Notes under the pieces: generated by a model | Database searches by the model: none | Seen by the model: the letters and a program-made list of their open reading frames with translations, nothing else | Told to the model about the DNA's origin: nothing | Made by a program: the position numbers and the translations under genes | DNA from: an uncultured Erythrobacter sp. | GTDB lineage: Bacteria > Pseudomonadota > Alphaproteobacteria > Sphingomonadales > Sphingomonadaceae | Assembly (NCBI GenBank): GCA_947499505.1 | Contig: CANMOQ010000001.1 | Span: forward strand, 42,037 to 106,036 | Direction: 5' to 3' | DNA length: 64,000 nt | In this document: positions 27,601-33,634 of the stretch, piece by piece | Numbering within the stretch: position 1 is the first letter of the stretch | Layout of the letters: the number at the start of each line of letters is the position of its first letter

Positions 27601-29741
27601 ATGACACGGCAACAACCGACGAAGACACGTCGGTTACTGTTCCGGTACTCGCCAATGACAGCGACGCTGATGGCGATCCGCTGACCATTACGGAGGCGAC
27701 CGCGCCCAACGGTACGGTTGTGATCAACCCAGATGGCACGGTCACCTACACGCCGGATGAGAACTTCAACGGCACCGATGTGATCACCTACACCATCTCT
27801 GATGGCAATGGCGGGTTTGATACGGCCACGCTGACGGTCACGGTTGATCCGGTGAACGACGTGCCGGTGGCTCAGGATGACGCCGCGACTGGAACGGAAG
27901 ATGAGCCGCTCACCATTCCTGTGCTCGCCAATGACGGCGATGCTGACGGTGATCCGCTGACAGTTACAACGGCGACTTCGCCAGATGGCACGGTTACGAT
28001 CAACCCGGATGGCACGATCACCTTTGTGCCGAACCCCGACTTCAACGGGCCAACCACCATCACCTACACGATCGATGATGGCATGGGCGGCACAGCGACG
28101 GCGACAGTCACGGTCGATATTGTCGCCGTGAACGATCCGCCTGTGGGTGAGCCGGATACGGCTGTCACGGATGAAGACACGCCTATCACCATTCCGGTGC
28201 TCGCGAATGACAATGACCCGGATGGCGATCCGCTGACTGTTGTCTCGGCCAATGCGCCGAATGGCACGGTTACGATCAACCCAGATGGCACGATCACTTA
28301 CACGCCGAACCCGGACTTCAACGGCACCGATACGATCACCTATCAGGTGAGCGACGGCATGGGCGGCTTTGACACGGTGACGGCAACCGTCACGGTCAAT
28401 CCGGTCAATGATCCGCCGGTTGCGGGCAATGACGTCACCAGCGTGAATGAGGACAGCGAAGTCACCATCCCAGTGCTGGTCAACGACACTGATGCCGATG
28501 GCGATCCGCTGACGGTGACAACCGCAACCGCCACCAACGGTACGGTTACGATCAACCCTGATGGCACGATCACCTATGTGCCGAACCCCGATTTCTTCGG
28601 TCAGGATACGATCACTTACACGATCAGTGATGGCAATGGCGGCACGTCAACAGCGACCGTCGCGGTTGAGGTTATCAACACCAACGAGCCGCCGGTTGAT
28701 GAGCCTGAAGCTCTCAACGTAATCAGCGGCACCGACACGATCATTAATGTGCTCGACAATGCGACCGATCCAGATGGTGACCCTCTGGAAGTGGTGATCG
28801 CACTCGTCGACATTGGCGAAGTGGTGATCAATCCTGATGGCACGCTTACTTATAGCGCGCCAGCAGACTTCTTCGGCGAAGTGACGATCCGCTACTTCAT
28901 CTCTGATGGTCAAGGCGGCTTTGTGGAGAGCTTTGCCACGATCACCGTGGTTGAGGCTGCGGCTGATATCGGCTTCCTGATCGGCGAGGAGCCTGATCCA
29001 GGCATTCCTAATGCCTATCCGGTTGATCGAGTGCTGGACCAGAGCGACGCCTTTATCAGCACGCCGCTGATCATCCTCGATACGGTCAATGATTTCCGCT
29101 CGCTTGGCGGCATGGGCACGCTCAACGTCGATCAGCCATTGCTGAACGCAGTGAACGGCCTGCGCTCCTTGAACGGCATTGGCGGATTTGACGCCAATGG
29201 CAGCCCGATTGACGATGTGGTTGGCTATATCGATCACATCCGCGACCTGCGCTTTGGTGTGGACCGTCTGTTCGATCCGCGCTTTGGCGACTTCCTGCCA
29301 GAGGCGCTGACCGGCTTCTCCGTGCGGCAACTCGATACCGGCAGCGACCAGGTCATGATCGAGAGTATTTCGCGCGACCGTGTGGTCTATGTCGAAATGC
29401 GCGATATTGGCGCGGACGATGCCCCTCGGATCACCGAATATCAGCTGGTTACGCGCGATGGTGCGCCGCTGCCTGATTGGATCCGGATGGATGCTCGCGG
29501 TCTGGCGATCATTGAACGTCCCGTTGATGCAGAGACGCTCAGACTGGTTGTTCGCGCAATCCGGGCTGATGGCGAAGTGATTGAGATCCCTGTTGTTATT
29601 CAGGGCGCAACCGGTGAAATACAGCTGGATGAGGCGATTGCAGAAGCAGTGGCCAGGGCTGAAACACTTGATACGATGATGGCACGCGCCAGTGGCGAAG
29701 CCGATGACGAAGCAAGCAAACTGCTTGCAGCTTTTAGTTGA
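15636..29741 (+). CDS. Giant (4701 aa) repetitive cadherin-like / Ig-like adhesin-type surface protein
   Basis: Single uninterrupted 14,106-nt ORF. N-terminus has ALEPRMMFDGAG and no hydrophobic Sec leader. Contains a DUF4347-like domain, then about 25 modules of ~92 aa (DEDTPV..VLANDxDPDGDxLTV..NGTV..DGT.TYTPN.DFNGTDTITYTISDG.GG) interleaved with about 15 He_PIG-like modules (LTFSATGLPPGLSIDPxTGxIxGTI). The ~260-aa non-repetitive C-terminal domain has no GGxGxD nonapeptides. Confidence 0.95.
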   Translation: MTKKQAASRHILALEPRMMFDGAGVVTAITADIGPMAVAPGEYTFNEASVAPVNLDIRSDISSGIGDDVGSGLSAQPVGFLFGNRSEGSEALHPQFEFHDEVREGSTPRAIIDAMRDYRATAMYGVERALADGFFAEPSDDAVVAQSGEVPNDFIFIDTSVDNYEQLAEIWEGRGTIVFVDANSDGVDQVLTALAGASDVGAIHFVSHGEDGMFWLGDTRIDSAALTGELASAFASIGSKLSADGDILIYGCDVGNDAEGQALLNNLAAITGADIAASIDDTGSIARGGDWTLENRLGVVESASLVAREWGGLLAPTNISAPADSLTVRDGSGNIIATGGTGFGNAGGRSGDVGVGGTGTWVNVGTVNGQSISIRATVVSISAGDTVRFDRPTSGDDDPGFLLRSNGGPVATAEIRWDIFFTATGAPVEIDVSYTVADIDGVGGNTNSREFVVVDTDTLSSFQAANGSNVAFDTSVPGQVTASGTQNESSGVPSAARFNWLDTSSFTITYNIDPASGVPQAGFSHDGDLDFNLGTGGTTVSIPRLDLDNNNSTASGSAYEGTFVENGSAVGIVDRDVRITNPNGSVEGLTVTLTNAQTGDELLVNGSNAATGTLNGGISYTRTATEIILTGAANSAQYQNALRAITFQTAGERPDETPRTIDISFENAALNSNVATSTINVVEINDPPTAVNDAQITTDEDVPILNIDVLGNDFDGDGDPLTVISANASNGTVIINGDGTLAYVPNSNFSGTDTITYTISDGRGGTDTATVPIVIGPVNDNPTTNGNLPPQTNVDAQQGIFVNAASGFSDAEDPNNLTYSATGLPPGLSIDPNTGFITGNIDNSASQGGSGGIYNVVVTATDSGGLTAEQNFSWTVTNPAPQANNDGGSTLEDTPVTFDVLANDQDPDGDDISVVSASAPNGSVVINADGTITYTPNANFSGPETITYTISDGEGGTSTATVSLFVTAQNDDPVAVGSLPPQVNDDADAGISVQTAGGFADVDNANLVYSATGLPPGLSIDANTGEITGTIDNSASQGGVAGVYNVTITANDNVGGAPATQTFSWTVSNPAPTAANDTATTDEDTPVDIPVLANDNDPDGDDLSIVSATAPNGTVVVNADGTITYTPNADFNGTDTITYTISDGEGGTSQATVAVTVGAVNDPPVPVGALPAQTNLDADSGISLATAGGFADSDDTNLVYSAAGLPPGLSIDSATGEITGTIDNSASTGGTGGVYNVTVTATDPSGESADQDFSWTVTNPAPIAVDDTASTTEDTPVLIDVLPNDSDPDGDVLTVISAFSSVGQATLVGNQINFVPPANFNGTATITYTISDGEGGTSEATVTVTVAPENDDPDSTPIPPVDALDGDTVSVPVADAFSDVDGDTLTFSATDLPPGLTIDPDTGVISGTITPDASQTNGGVYTGTITVDDGNGGTTTETITFNVANPPPEAVNDNASTDEDVAVTIDVLANDSDPDVDPLTVTSADAQNGTTVINADGTVTYTPNPGFNGTDTITYEISDGNGGTSIATVTVVVNDINDTPEISGSIGDQTNLDAQEINLPVAGAFSDPDGDALSFTAIGLPAGLTIDPDTGVISGTIDNSASQVNGGSYSITVTADDGRGGTISQDFTWTVANPAPIAANDAVTTDEDTPVNVDVLANDVDPDGDDLTVIEAEAGNGTVTINADGTLVYTPNPDFNGTDTIVYTIDDGEGGVSSASVDVTVTPVNDGPTTVGLPNQSGEDSQTVSIPTASAFNDVDGDVLTFSAEGLPPALSIDPDTGVISGTLASDSSQNGPFVVTVTATDPSGEEVSTTFIYSVQNVPPIAQNDTATTPEDTPVTIAVLANDSDPDGDALTITSASADNGTVVVNADGTVTFTPDPDFNGEANVTYTVSDGQGGVATATLTVTVTAENDDPAAVDIPDVTNEDNQSVSIATESFFSDVDGDDLTITAAGLPPGLSIDPTTGIISGTLDIDASQGSPYTVTLTADDGNGGTVSQDFVWTVTNPAPTAVNDNASVDEDSSVNVDVLGNDNDPDGDPLTVTSATAPNGTVVIEADGTLTYTPNPDFNGEDTITYTIDDGNGGTSTAAVIVTVNPINDDPVAVDDAVTTDEDTPVTIGVLGNDSDVDGDDLTVTTATSPDGTVTINPDGTLEFVPDPNFNGTTTISYEISDGNGGTATATVTVTVNPINDPPVANPDAATTDEDTPVNVPLIGNDTDADGDALTVTAATAVNGTVVINPDGSVDYTPNPDFNGTDTITYTISDGNGGFSTSTATITVNPVNDDPVAAPIAPQTNDDSTPVTLDISGNFSDVDGDDLTFSATGLPPGLSIDANGNITGTLDPDASQGGPAGDGVYEVTVTADDGNGGTVDTTFIWTVNNPPPEAVDDTATTDEDTPVNIPVLANDSDPDGDPLTVTAADAGNGTVVIEADGTVTYTPNEDFNGTDTITYTISDGNGGTSTATVTVTVDPVNDDPVVTPIAPQDNVDSADVSLPTAGNFSDVDGDTLTFSATGLPAGLSIDPNTGEITGTIAADASQGGPAGDGIYSVTVTADDGNGGTVDTTFTWTVTNPPPEAVDDAATTDEDTPVNIPVLANDNDPDGDPLTVTSATAPNGTVVIEADGTVTYTPNEDFNGTDTITYTISDGNGGTSTATVTVTVDPVNDDPVADTPLANLANIDSATVNVPVAGNFSDVDGDGLTFGATGLPPGLIIDAAGNITGTIDPDASQGGPAGDGIYTVSVTADDGNGGTVTSSFAWTVTNPPPVATDDTATTPEDTPVNIDVLANDNDPDGDALTVTSAIAPNGTVVIEADGTVTYTPNEDFNGTDTITYTISDGEGGTTTATVTVTVDPVNDDPVADPQLTNQTDDDADVISLDVSGNFSDVDGDTLTFTATGLPGGLSIDANGVITGTLDADASQGGPNSDGLYTVTVTADDGNGGTTTSTFVWTVNNPPPLAAPDTASTTEDIPVTVDVLANDNDPDGDALTVTEANAANGSVLINADGTITYTPDANFNGTDTVIYTISDGEGGTSTSTVTITVGAVNDDPETIGLPDLTDGNNELIGVPLAPAFSDAEGDTLTFSATGLPDGLSIDPATGEVTGTTTGTASSGGPLSDGVYTVTVTADDGNGGSVSTTFTWTINNEPPTAIDDNFVGTEDTPQVLDVLANDIDPDADPMTPIVIIDAQATNGTAVVNADGTITFTPDPDFNGTATVTYTIEDANGDPATAIATIVIAPENDAPDATPLPDRGDEDGDAVSIDAGVLFSDIEGDTLTFSATDLPAGLTIDPGTGIISGTIDPDASQVNNGVYQTTITADDGNGGTTDVAFVWTVTNPGPTAADDTASTAEDTPIPSIDVLGNDNDPDGDALTVVSASAPNGTVVINADGTLAYTPDPDFNGTDTITYQITDGQGGTSTAIVTVTVGAENDDPTAPPLSALINDDADVVALDLAPGFADVDGDPLTFTATGLPPGLTIDAAGNVTGTIDPDASQGGPNGDGIYEVTVTADDGNGGTVDAVFTWTVGNPAPLAVDDTAITDEDTPVNIPVLANDNDPDGDPLSVTQASAGNGTVVIEADGTVTYTPDEDFNGTDTITYEISDGNGGTSTATVTVTVNPINDDPDVTPLAPRENVDSAVVNVPTAGNFSDVDGDTLTFDATGLPTGLTIDPATGVISGTIDPSASIGGPNGDGTYEVTVTADDGNGGTVSTTFSWTVTNPVPVAVNDTATTTEDTATNIDVLANDSDPDGDPLTVVTASAANGTVTILPDGTIDYTPNPDFNGTDTISYTISDGNGGTASALVTVTVDPENDPPVAVNDTTTTDEDTSVTIPVLSNDSDVDGDDLTVTDATAPNGTVTINPDGTVTYTPDPDFNGTDTITYTIDDGNGGTDTATITVVVAPVNDAPIAAPDTADTDEDTPVTIPVLANDSDVDGDPLTVTDATSPDGTVTINPDGTITFEPDPNFNGPATITYTIDDGMGGTATSTVTVNVAPVNDPPVAEDDTATTDEDTSVTVPVLANDSDADGDPLTITEATAPNGTVVINPDGTVTYTPDENFNGTDVITYTISDGNGGFDTATLTVTVDPVNDVPVAQDDAATGTEDEPLTIPVLANDGDADGDPLTVTTATSPDGTVTINPDGTITFVPNPDFNGPTTITYTIDDGMGGTATATVTVDIVAVNDPPVGEPDTAVTDEDTPITIPVLANDNDPDGDPLTVVSANAPNGTVTINPDGTITYTPNPDFNGTDTITYQVSDGMGGFDTVTATVTVNPVNDPPVAGNDVTSVNEDSEVTIPVLVNDTDADGDPLTVTTATATNGTVTINPDGTITYVPNPDFFGQDTITYTISDGNGGTSTATVAVEVINTNEPPVDEPEALNVISGTDTIINVLDNATDPDGDPLEVVIALVDIGEVVINPDGTLTYSAPADFFGEVTIRYFISDGQGGFVESFATITVVEAAADIGFLIGEEPDPGIPNAYPVDRVLDQSDAFISTPLIILDTVNDFRSLGGMGTLNVDQPLLNAVNGLRSLNGIGGFDANGSPIDDVVGYIDHIRDLRFGVDRLFDPRFGDFLPEALTGFSVRQLDTGSDQVMIESISRDRVVYVEMRDIGADDAPRITEYQLVTRDGAPLPDWIRMDARGLAIIERPVDAETLRLVVRAIRADGEVIEIPVVIQGATGEIQLDEAIAEAVARAETLDTMMARASGEADDEASKLLAAFS
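16090..16520 (+). other. DUF4347-like N-terminal domain of the giant protein
   Basis: FIFIDTSVDNYEQLAE...VFVDANSDGVDQVLTALAG...IHFVSHGEDGMFWLGDT...ILIYGCDVGNDAEGQALLNNLAAITGADIAASIDDTG. Recognised from memory of this family, not searched. Confidence 0.55.
17700..28960 (+). repeat. Coding tandem-module array: (C-H)x7, C, C, (C-H)x8, Cx8. C is a cadherin-like ~92-aa module; H is a He_PIG-like ~97-aa module
   Basis: Counted by reading the translation. Each C module has an acidic DxDxDGD putative Ca-binding motif. Modules are delimited by (V/I)ND(D/P)P or NP(A/P)P junctions. Confidence 0.8.
22772..24481 (+). repeat. Three consecutive 570-nt C+H units with the highest mutual similarity
   Basis: Unit starts at 22772, 23342 and 23912 (next at 24482), exactly 570 nt apart. 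The protein is nearly identical across the C modules, but the DNA differs at many synonymous third positions (for example acctacacg/acctatacg, gacttcaac/gactttaac). Confidence 0.8.
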
Positions 29742-29766
29742 AAATAGAACGGATGAAGGTGAGCCA

Positions 29767-31263
29767 ATGAATAAGGGACTTGCACTGGTAAGCGTATCGA
29801 CACTCTTCCTGGGTGCCTGCGCAACTGTACCCGAGCCGTTCACGGCGGCAGAATTGAACGAGACGGCAGCCAGCAATTTTGAGCGGGTTGATGTGGATCA
29901 GGAGCCGGTTACGGCGCCGATTGACCTTTACGAGGCGATGGCCCGCTCGCTGAAATACAATCTCGACTACAAGGTTGAGCTCATGGAGATTGCGCTGCGC
30001 GACCGCGAGCTTGATCTTCAGCGTTACGATATGCTGCCGCAATTGGTTGCCAGCGCTGGCTATGCCGGACGCAACAACTTCTCTGGCGCGAGCTCGCTCT
30101 CGTTGATCACCCGGCGGCAATCGCTGGAGCCATCAACCTCGCAGGAACGCGACCTGTTTACCGCAGATCTCGCACTCAGCTGGGACGTGCTTGATTTCGG
30201 CCTGTCTTATGTCCGGGCCAAGCAAGGCGCGGATGAAGTTCTGATCGCGCAGGAGCGCCGCCGCAAGGTTGCCAACCGCGTGATTGAAGATGTGCGGTCC
30301 TCCTATTGGCGTGCGGTCAGCGCCGAACGCCTGCTGACCAAGCTGCAAGAGCTGGAAGATTCGGTCACCACAACGCTGCAAAGTTCAGAGCGTTTGGCCG
30401 AGCGGCGTCTGTCTGCTCCGCTTACCGCGCTGACTTATCAGCGTGAACTGCTGGAAATTCAGGCGCAAATTCGCAAGCTTCAGCGCGAGCTGGTGGTTGC
30501 AAAGGCGCAATTGGCCGCGCTCATGAACCTGCGCCCTGGCACTGAGTTCTCGCTCGCTTTGCCAGATCGCACCAACACTTTGCCTGCGGTCAATTACCAA
30601 GGCGAAGACATGATGATGACGGCGCTGCTCAATCGTCCAGAGCTGCGCGAGGTTAGCTATCGCCAACGGATCAATTCGCGCGAATTGGATGCGGCATTGC
30701 TTTCAGCTCTGCCGAGCTTCCGCGGTGTCCTTGGCGTCAACGTCGATTCCAATGACTTCCTGTTTAACAATGACTGGATGAACTACGGCGCCCGCGCCAG
30801 TTGGAACGTCCTCAACCTGTTCCGTTTGCCAGCGCATAAGAAGGCCGTGCGCGCACAGGAAGATCTGCTGGAGCAGCGCGAATTGGCGCTGACCATGGCG
30901 GTGATGACACAGGTTCATGTCTCGCGTGCACGCTTTAGCCATCTGAGCGAAGAACTCGATACGGCATCACGCCAGATGAAGGTGCAGGACAAGATCCTCG
31001 ATCAAATCCGTTCCGGCCATAAGGCTGGCGCAATGAGCCGCCAAACGCTGCTGCGTGAAGAGATGAACACGCTCGCCGCAGAGGTGAAATATGACATCGC
31101 CTATGCAGAGGCGCAAAACGCCTATGCTGGTCTGTTTGCCTCCATGGGCATCGACGAGTTTAGTCCAAACGTGACCGGACGCGAAGATGTCGCTACTCTG
31201 CGCGCATCACTGGAGCAAATGTGGCAGGACCGCGAAGCTGCGGTAAAGCTGTCTGGAAGTTAA
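29767..31263 (+). CDS. TolC-family outer-membrane efflux lipoprotein
   Basis: ORF track start is 29692. I prefer ATG 29767 (MNKGLALVSVSTLFLGAC, with lipobox), preceded by GAAGGTGAG, 25 nt after the giant gene stop. Two OEP-like coiled-coil halves are recognisable. Confidence 0.85.
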   Translation: MNKGLALVSVSTLFLGACATVPEPFTAAELNETAASNFERVDVDQEPVTAPIDLYEAMARSLKYNLDYKVELMEIALRDRELDLQRYDMLPQLVASAGYAGRNNFSGASSLSLITRRQSLEPSTSQERDLFTADLALSWDVLDFGLSYVRAKQGADEVLIAQERRRKVANRVIEDVRSSYWRAVSAERLLTKLQELEDSVTTTLQSSERLAERRLSAPLTALTYQRELLEIQAQIRKLQRELVVAKAQLAALMNLRPGTEFSLALPDRTNTLPAVNYQGEDMMMTALLNRPELREVSYRQRINSRELDAALLSALPSFRGVLGVNVDSNDFLFNNDWMNYGARASWNVLNLFRLPAHKKAVRAQEDLLEQRELALTMAVMTQVHVSRARFSHLSEELDTASRQMKVQDKILDQIRSGHKAGAMSRQTLLREEMNTLAAEVKYDIAYAEAQNAYAGLFASMGIDEFSPNVTGREDVATLRASLEQMWQDREAAVKLSGS

Positions 31264-31266
31264 AAC

Positions 31267-32262
31267 ATGAGTGACATTGAGCAGGTGGACGAGGGATCAC
31301 CGCCCGCAGAAGATGGAAACCGCAAGCTGTTGATCGGCGGCGGCGTGCTTGCTGTGGCTGCAGCCATTGCAGGGGTCGTCTACGCGGGCAGCGGCGACAC
31401 GCAGTGGTCGGATAATGCGACCGTGGCCTCGGCAGAGCAGGCGGAACTGGCAGCGGGCGAGGGCAGCGATGCCGCCCCGGAACCTGAGCCAGAACCGGTG
31501 CTAGAGGCGCGCGGCGTGATCGCGGCAAAGAACGAGAGCACAGTGGCCTCGCGCATGACCGCGCGGATCACCTCTATGCCGTACCGCGAGGGGCGCAGCT
31601 TTGGCAAAGGCGCTTTGCTTGCACGGTTTGATTGCTCCACCATTCAGGCTGAATTGAACGCGGCCCGCGCCGCAACCGCCGCCTATCAAAAGACCTATGA
31701 GACCAACGTTGAACTCGACAGTTATGAGGCTGTTGGCAAAAATGAAGTGGCGGTCTCGCGCGCCAATCTTGGCCGGGCGCAGGCAGAGGCCAATGCGGTC
31801 TCGGCCCAGCTGCGCGACTGCGCGGTCTATGCGCCATTCGCTGGCACTGTGGTGGAAGAGATCGCGAGTCGCGGCGAAGTGGCCGCCAGTGGTCAGCCGC
31901 TGCTGCGCATTCAAAGCGGCGGCGATCTGGAAGCCGATCTGATCGTTCCCAGCAATTGGCTGACCTGGCTTGAGCCAGGGGCGAAGTTTGACTTCGTGAT
32001 TGACGAGACAGGCGCTAGCATTACCGGCGTCGTCACCCGGTTGGGCGCATCGGTTGACCCGGTCAGTAAGACGATCCGCATCGGAGCCAATATTGATCGC
32101 GGCGATGCTTTGGTCCTGCCCGGGATGAGCGGCACGGCGACGTTCGAAAAGCCAAGCGAGGCACCTGCGGAGACAGAAGAAGCGGGCGAAGGCGCGGCTG
32201 AAGGCGAAGCGAGCGGAGCGGCCACGGAAGGGGCTGAAGCCGATGGCAGCCAGCCAACCTGA
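31267..32262 (+). CDS. Membrane-fusion protein (HlyD/RND-adaptor type) 1
   Basis: Starts 3 nt after the upstream stop. N-terminal TM anchor LLIGGGVLAVAAAIAGVVY. Lipoyl-like halves (GVIAAKNESTVASRMTARITSM; VYAPFAGTVVEEIASRGEVAASGQPLLRI) flank a short coiled coil. Acidic Glu/Ala/Gly C-terminal tail. Confidence 0.8.
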   Translation: MSDIEQVDEGSPPAEDGNRKLLIGGGVLAVAAAIAGVVYAGSGDTQWSDNATVASAEQAELAAGEGSDAAPEPEPEPVLEARGVIAAKNESTVASRMTARITSMPYREGRSFGKGALLARFDCSTIQAELNAARAATAAYQKTYETNVELDSYEAVGKNEVAVSRANLGRAQAEANAVSAQLRDCAVYAPFAGTVVEEIASRGEVAASGQPLLRIQSGGDLEADLIVPSNWLTWLEPGAKFDFVIDETGASITGVVTRLGASVDPVSKTIRIGANIDRGDALVLPGMSGTATFEKPSEAPAETEEAGEGAAEGEASGAATEGAEADGSQPT

Positions 32263-33634
32263 TCCGATTGAGGCCGCTGCGCCCAAAGTCAGCTCTCTGG
32301 CCCCCAAAAGCGCGGCGCCTGATGCGGCAAAGCTCGCCGCGCTTCTGCAATTCGAGGCGGATATCCGCCGCCTAGAAACCGTCGAAGAGCTGCAATATTT
32401 TGTCGCCAATGAGGCGCGTCAGGTTTTGCCTTACGGCCAGATGTTTGTGCTGCGCCAGGCGCGGATCGGGCAGGGGTTTGAGGTGCAATGCGCCTCGTCC
32501 CTGGCGACCGTTGACCGCAATGCGCCGCTGATCCACGCGCTGGAAAAGGCGATTGAGCGCCTCGCTCAGGATCACGGGCTAGAACAGCCCAACGCTTTTG
32601 ACGCGGCTAGCCTGCGCGCGGATGAGGCCTTTGACCAATATCCCTATTCTCAGCTGCATTGGCAGCCTCTGCTCGGCAAGGCCGGCGAAGTTTTCGGCGC
32701 AATGCTGTTTGCCCGCGATGAGCCATTGCGCGAGGGCGAGAAGTACCGCGCGGCCCGCATTGCCGAGACGGCGGCGCATTCCTGGCTGGCGCTGAGCGGC
32801 GGCAAGCCTGTTCGCCGCCTGCCCGTGATCGACAGCAAGAAGAAGAAATGGATCGCGGTCGCTATCGCCGTCATCCTGCTGTTCCCAGTGCGCCTGACCG
32901 CTTTGGCTCCGGCTGAGATCGTTGCTGAGCGGCCCTACATTGTAGCTGCGCCATTTTCGGGCCGGATTGCCTCGATCGAAGTCCCTCCGAATGCTCCGGT
33001 GAAGGCTGGTCAAGTGCTGCTGCGCTTTGACGACGTGCGGCTCGATAATGAGCTGGAGCTGGCCGAGGAAAGGCTGGCTGTTGCTCGCTCGCGGCTCGAA
33101 CGCTCCACCAGCTCTGCCTTTAGTGACGAGGACGAGACCTCCGATATTGCGATCATGCGGGCCGAGGTTGAGGTCGCGCAGGCCGAATATGATTATGCGA
33201 AAGAGCTCGCCGGACAATCCGCGATCACCGCTCAGCGCGACGGCATGGCTCTGTTCAGCGATCGCCGCGATTGGGAAGGGCGCGCGGTCAATGTTGGCGA
33301 TCCCATCATGCAGGTCGTCAATCCAGACGAGGTGATGATCCGCATCGATTTGCCCGCGGCAGAGCAGATGTCGCTGGAAAAGGGCGCCAAGATCAAGATG
33401 TGGCTCGATTCCCAGCCATTGTGGGCCATCGACGGCCTACTGGAGACGGCGAGCTATCAGGCCCGCCAGACGCCCGATGGAACGCTGGCCTTTGCGCTCA
33501 CCGCGCGTCTGGATGGCGATAACCCTCGGATTGGATCGCGCGGCACGGCTCAGGTCTATGGCCGCTGGGTGCCGTTTGCTTACTCGCTGCTGCGCCGTCC
33601 AATCGCGGCCCTGCGCCAATTTGTCGGACTATGA
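32243..33634 (+). CDS. Membrane-fusion protein 2 with an N-terminal cytoplasmic GAF-like domain
   Basis: 20-nt overlap with the upstream gene. About 190 cytoplasmic residues (LETVEELQYFVANEARQVLPYGQMFVLR...VFGAMLFARDEPL; GAF assignment is low confidence). TM segment KKKWIAVAIAVILLFPV. Then a HlyD-like lipoyl/coiled-coil/barrel region (IVAAPFSGRIASIEVPPNAPVKAGQVLLRFD). Confidence 0.75.
   Translation: MAASQPDPIEAAAPKVSSLAPKSAAPDAAKLAALLQFEADIRRLETVEELQYFVANEARQVLPYGQMFVLRQARIGQGFEVQCASSLATVDRNAPLIHALEKAIERLAQDHGLEQPNAFDAASLRADEAFDQYPYSQLHWQPLLGKAGEVFGAMLFARDEPLREGEKYRAARIAETAAHSWLALSGGKPVRRLPVIDSKKKKWIAVAIAVILLFPVRLTALAPAEIVAERPYIVAAPFSGRIASIEVPPNAPVKAGQVLLRFDDVRLDNELELAEERLAVARSRLERSTSSAFSDEDETSDIAIMRAEVEVAQAEYDYAKELAGQSAITAQRDGMALFSDRRDWEGRAVNVGDPIMQVVNPDEVMIRIDLPAAEQMSLEKGAKIKMWLDSQPLWAIDGLLETASYQARQTPDGTLAFALTARLDGDNPRIGSRGTAQVYGRWVPFAYSLLRRPIAALRQFVGL

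Noticed and set aside
17700-28960. Regular ~280/570-nt DNA periodicity that could be mistaken for a CRISPR-like or satellite array.
   Set aside because: The repeats are far longer than CRISPR repeats, have no unique spacers, and are entirely in frame within one protein. They are coding domain repeats.
28961-29741. Looked for RTX nonapeptides (GGxGxDxUx) or a recognisable T1SS C-terminal domain at the end of the giant protein.
   Set aside because: No GGxGxD repeat is visible anywhere in the C-terminal ~400 residues, so I did not call it an RTX protein.
16415-29876. Dozens of minus-strand ORFs inside the giant gene, including 22434-23804 (456 aa), 28647-29876 (409 aa) and many 60-100-aa ORFs with periodic PSGSLSLASTS-like sequence.
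   Set aside because: They are antisense shadows of a GC-rich, highly repetitive coding region. Their periodicity mirrors the sense-strand modules, they have no recognisable domains or ribosome-binding sites, and the sense ORF is a single 14.1-kb uninterrupted frame.
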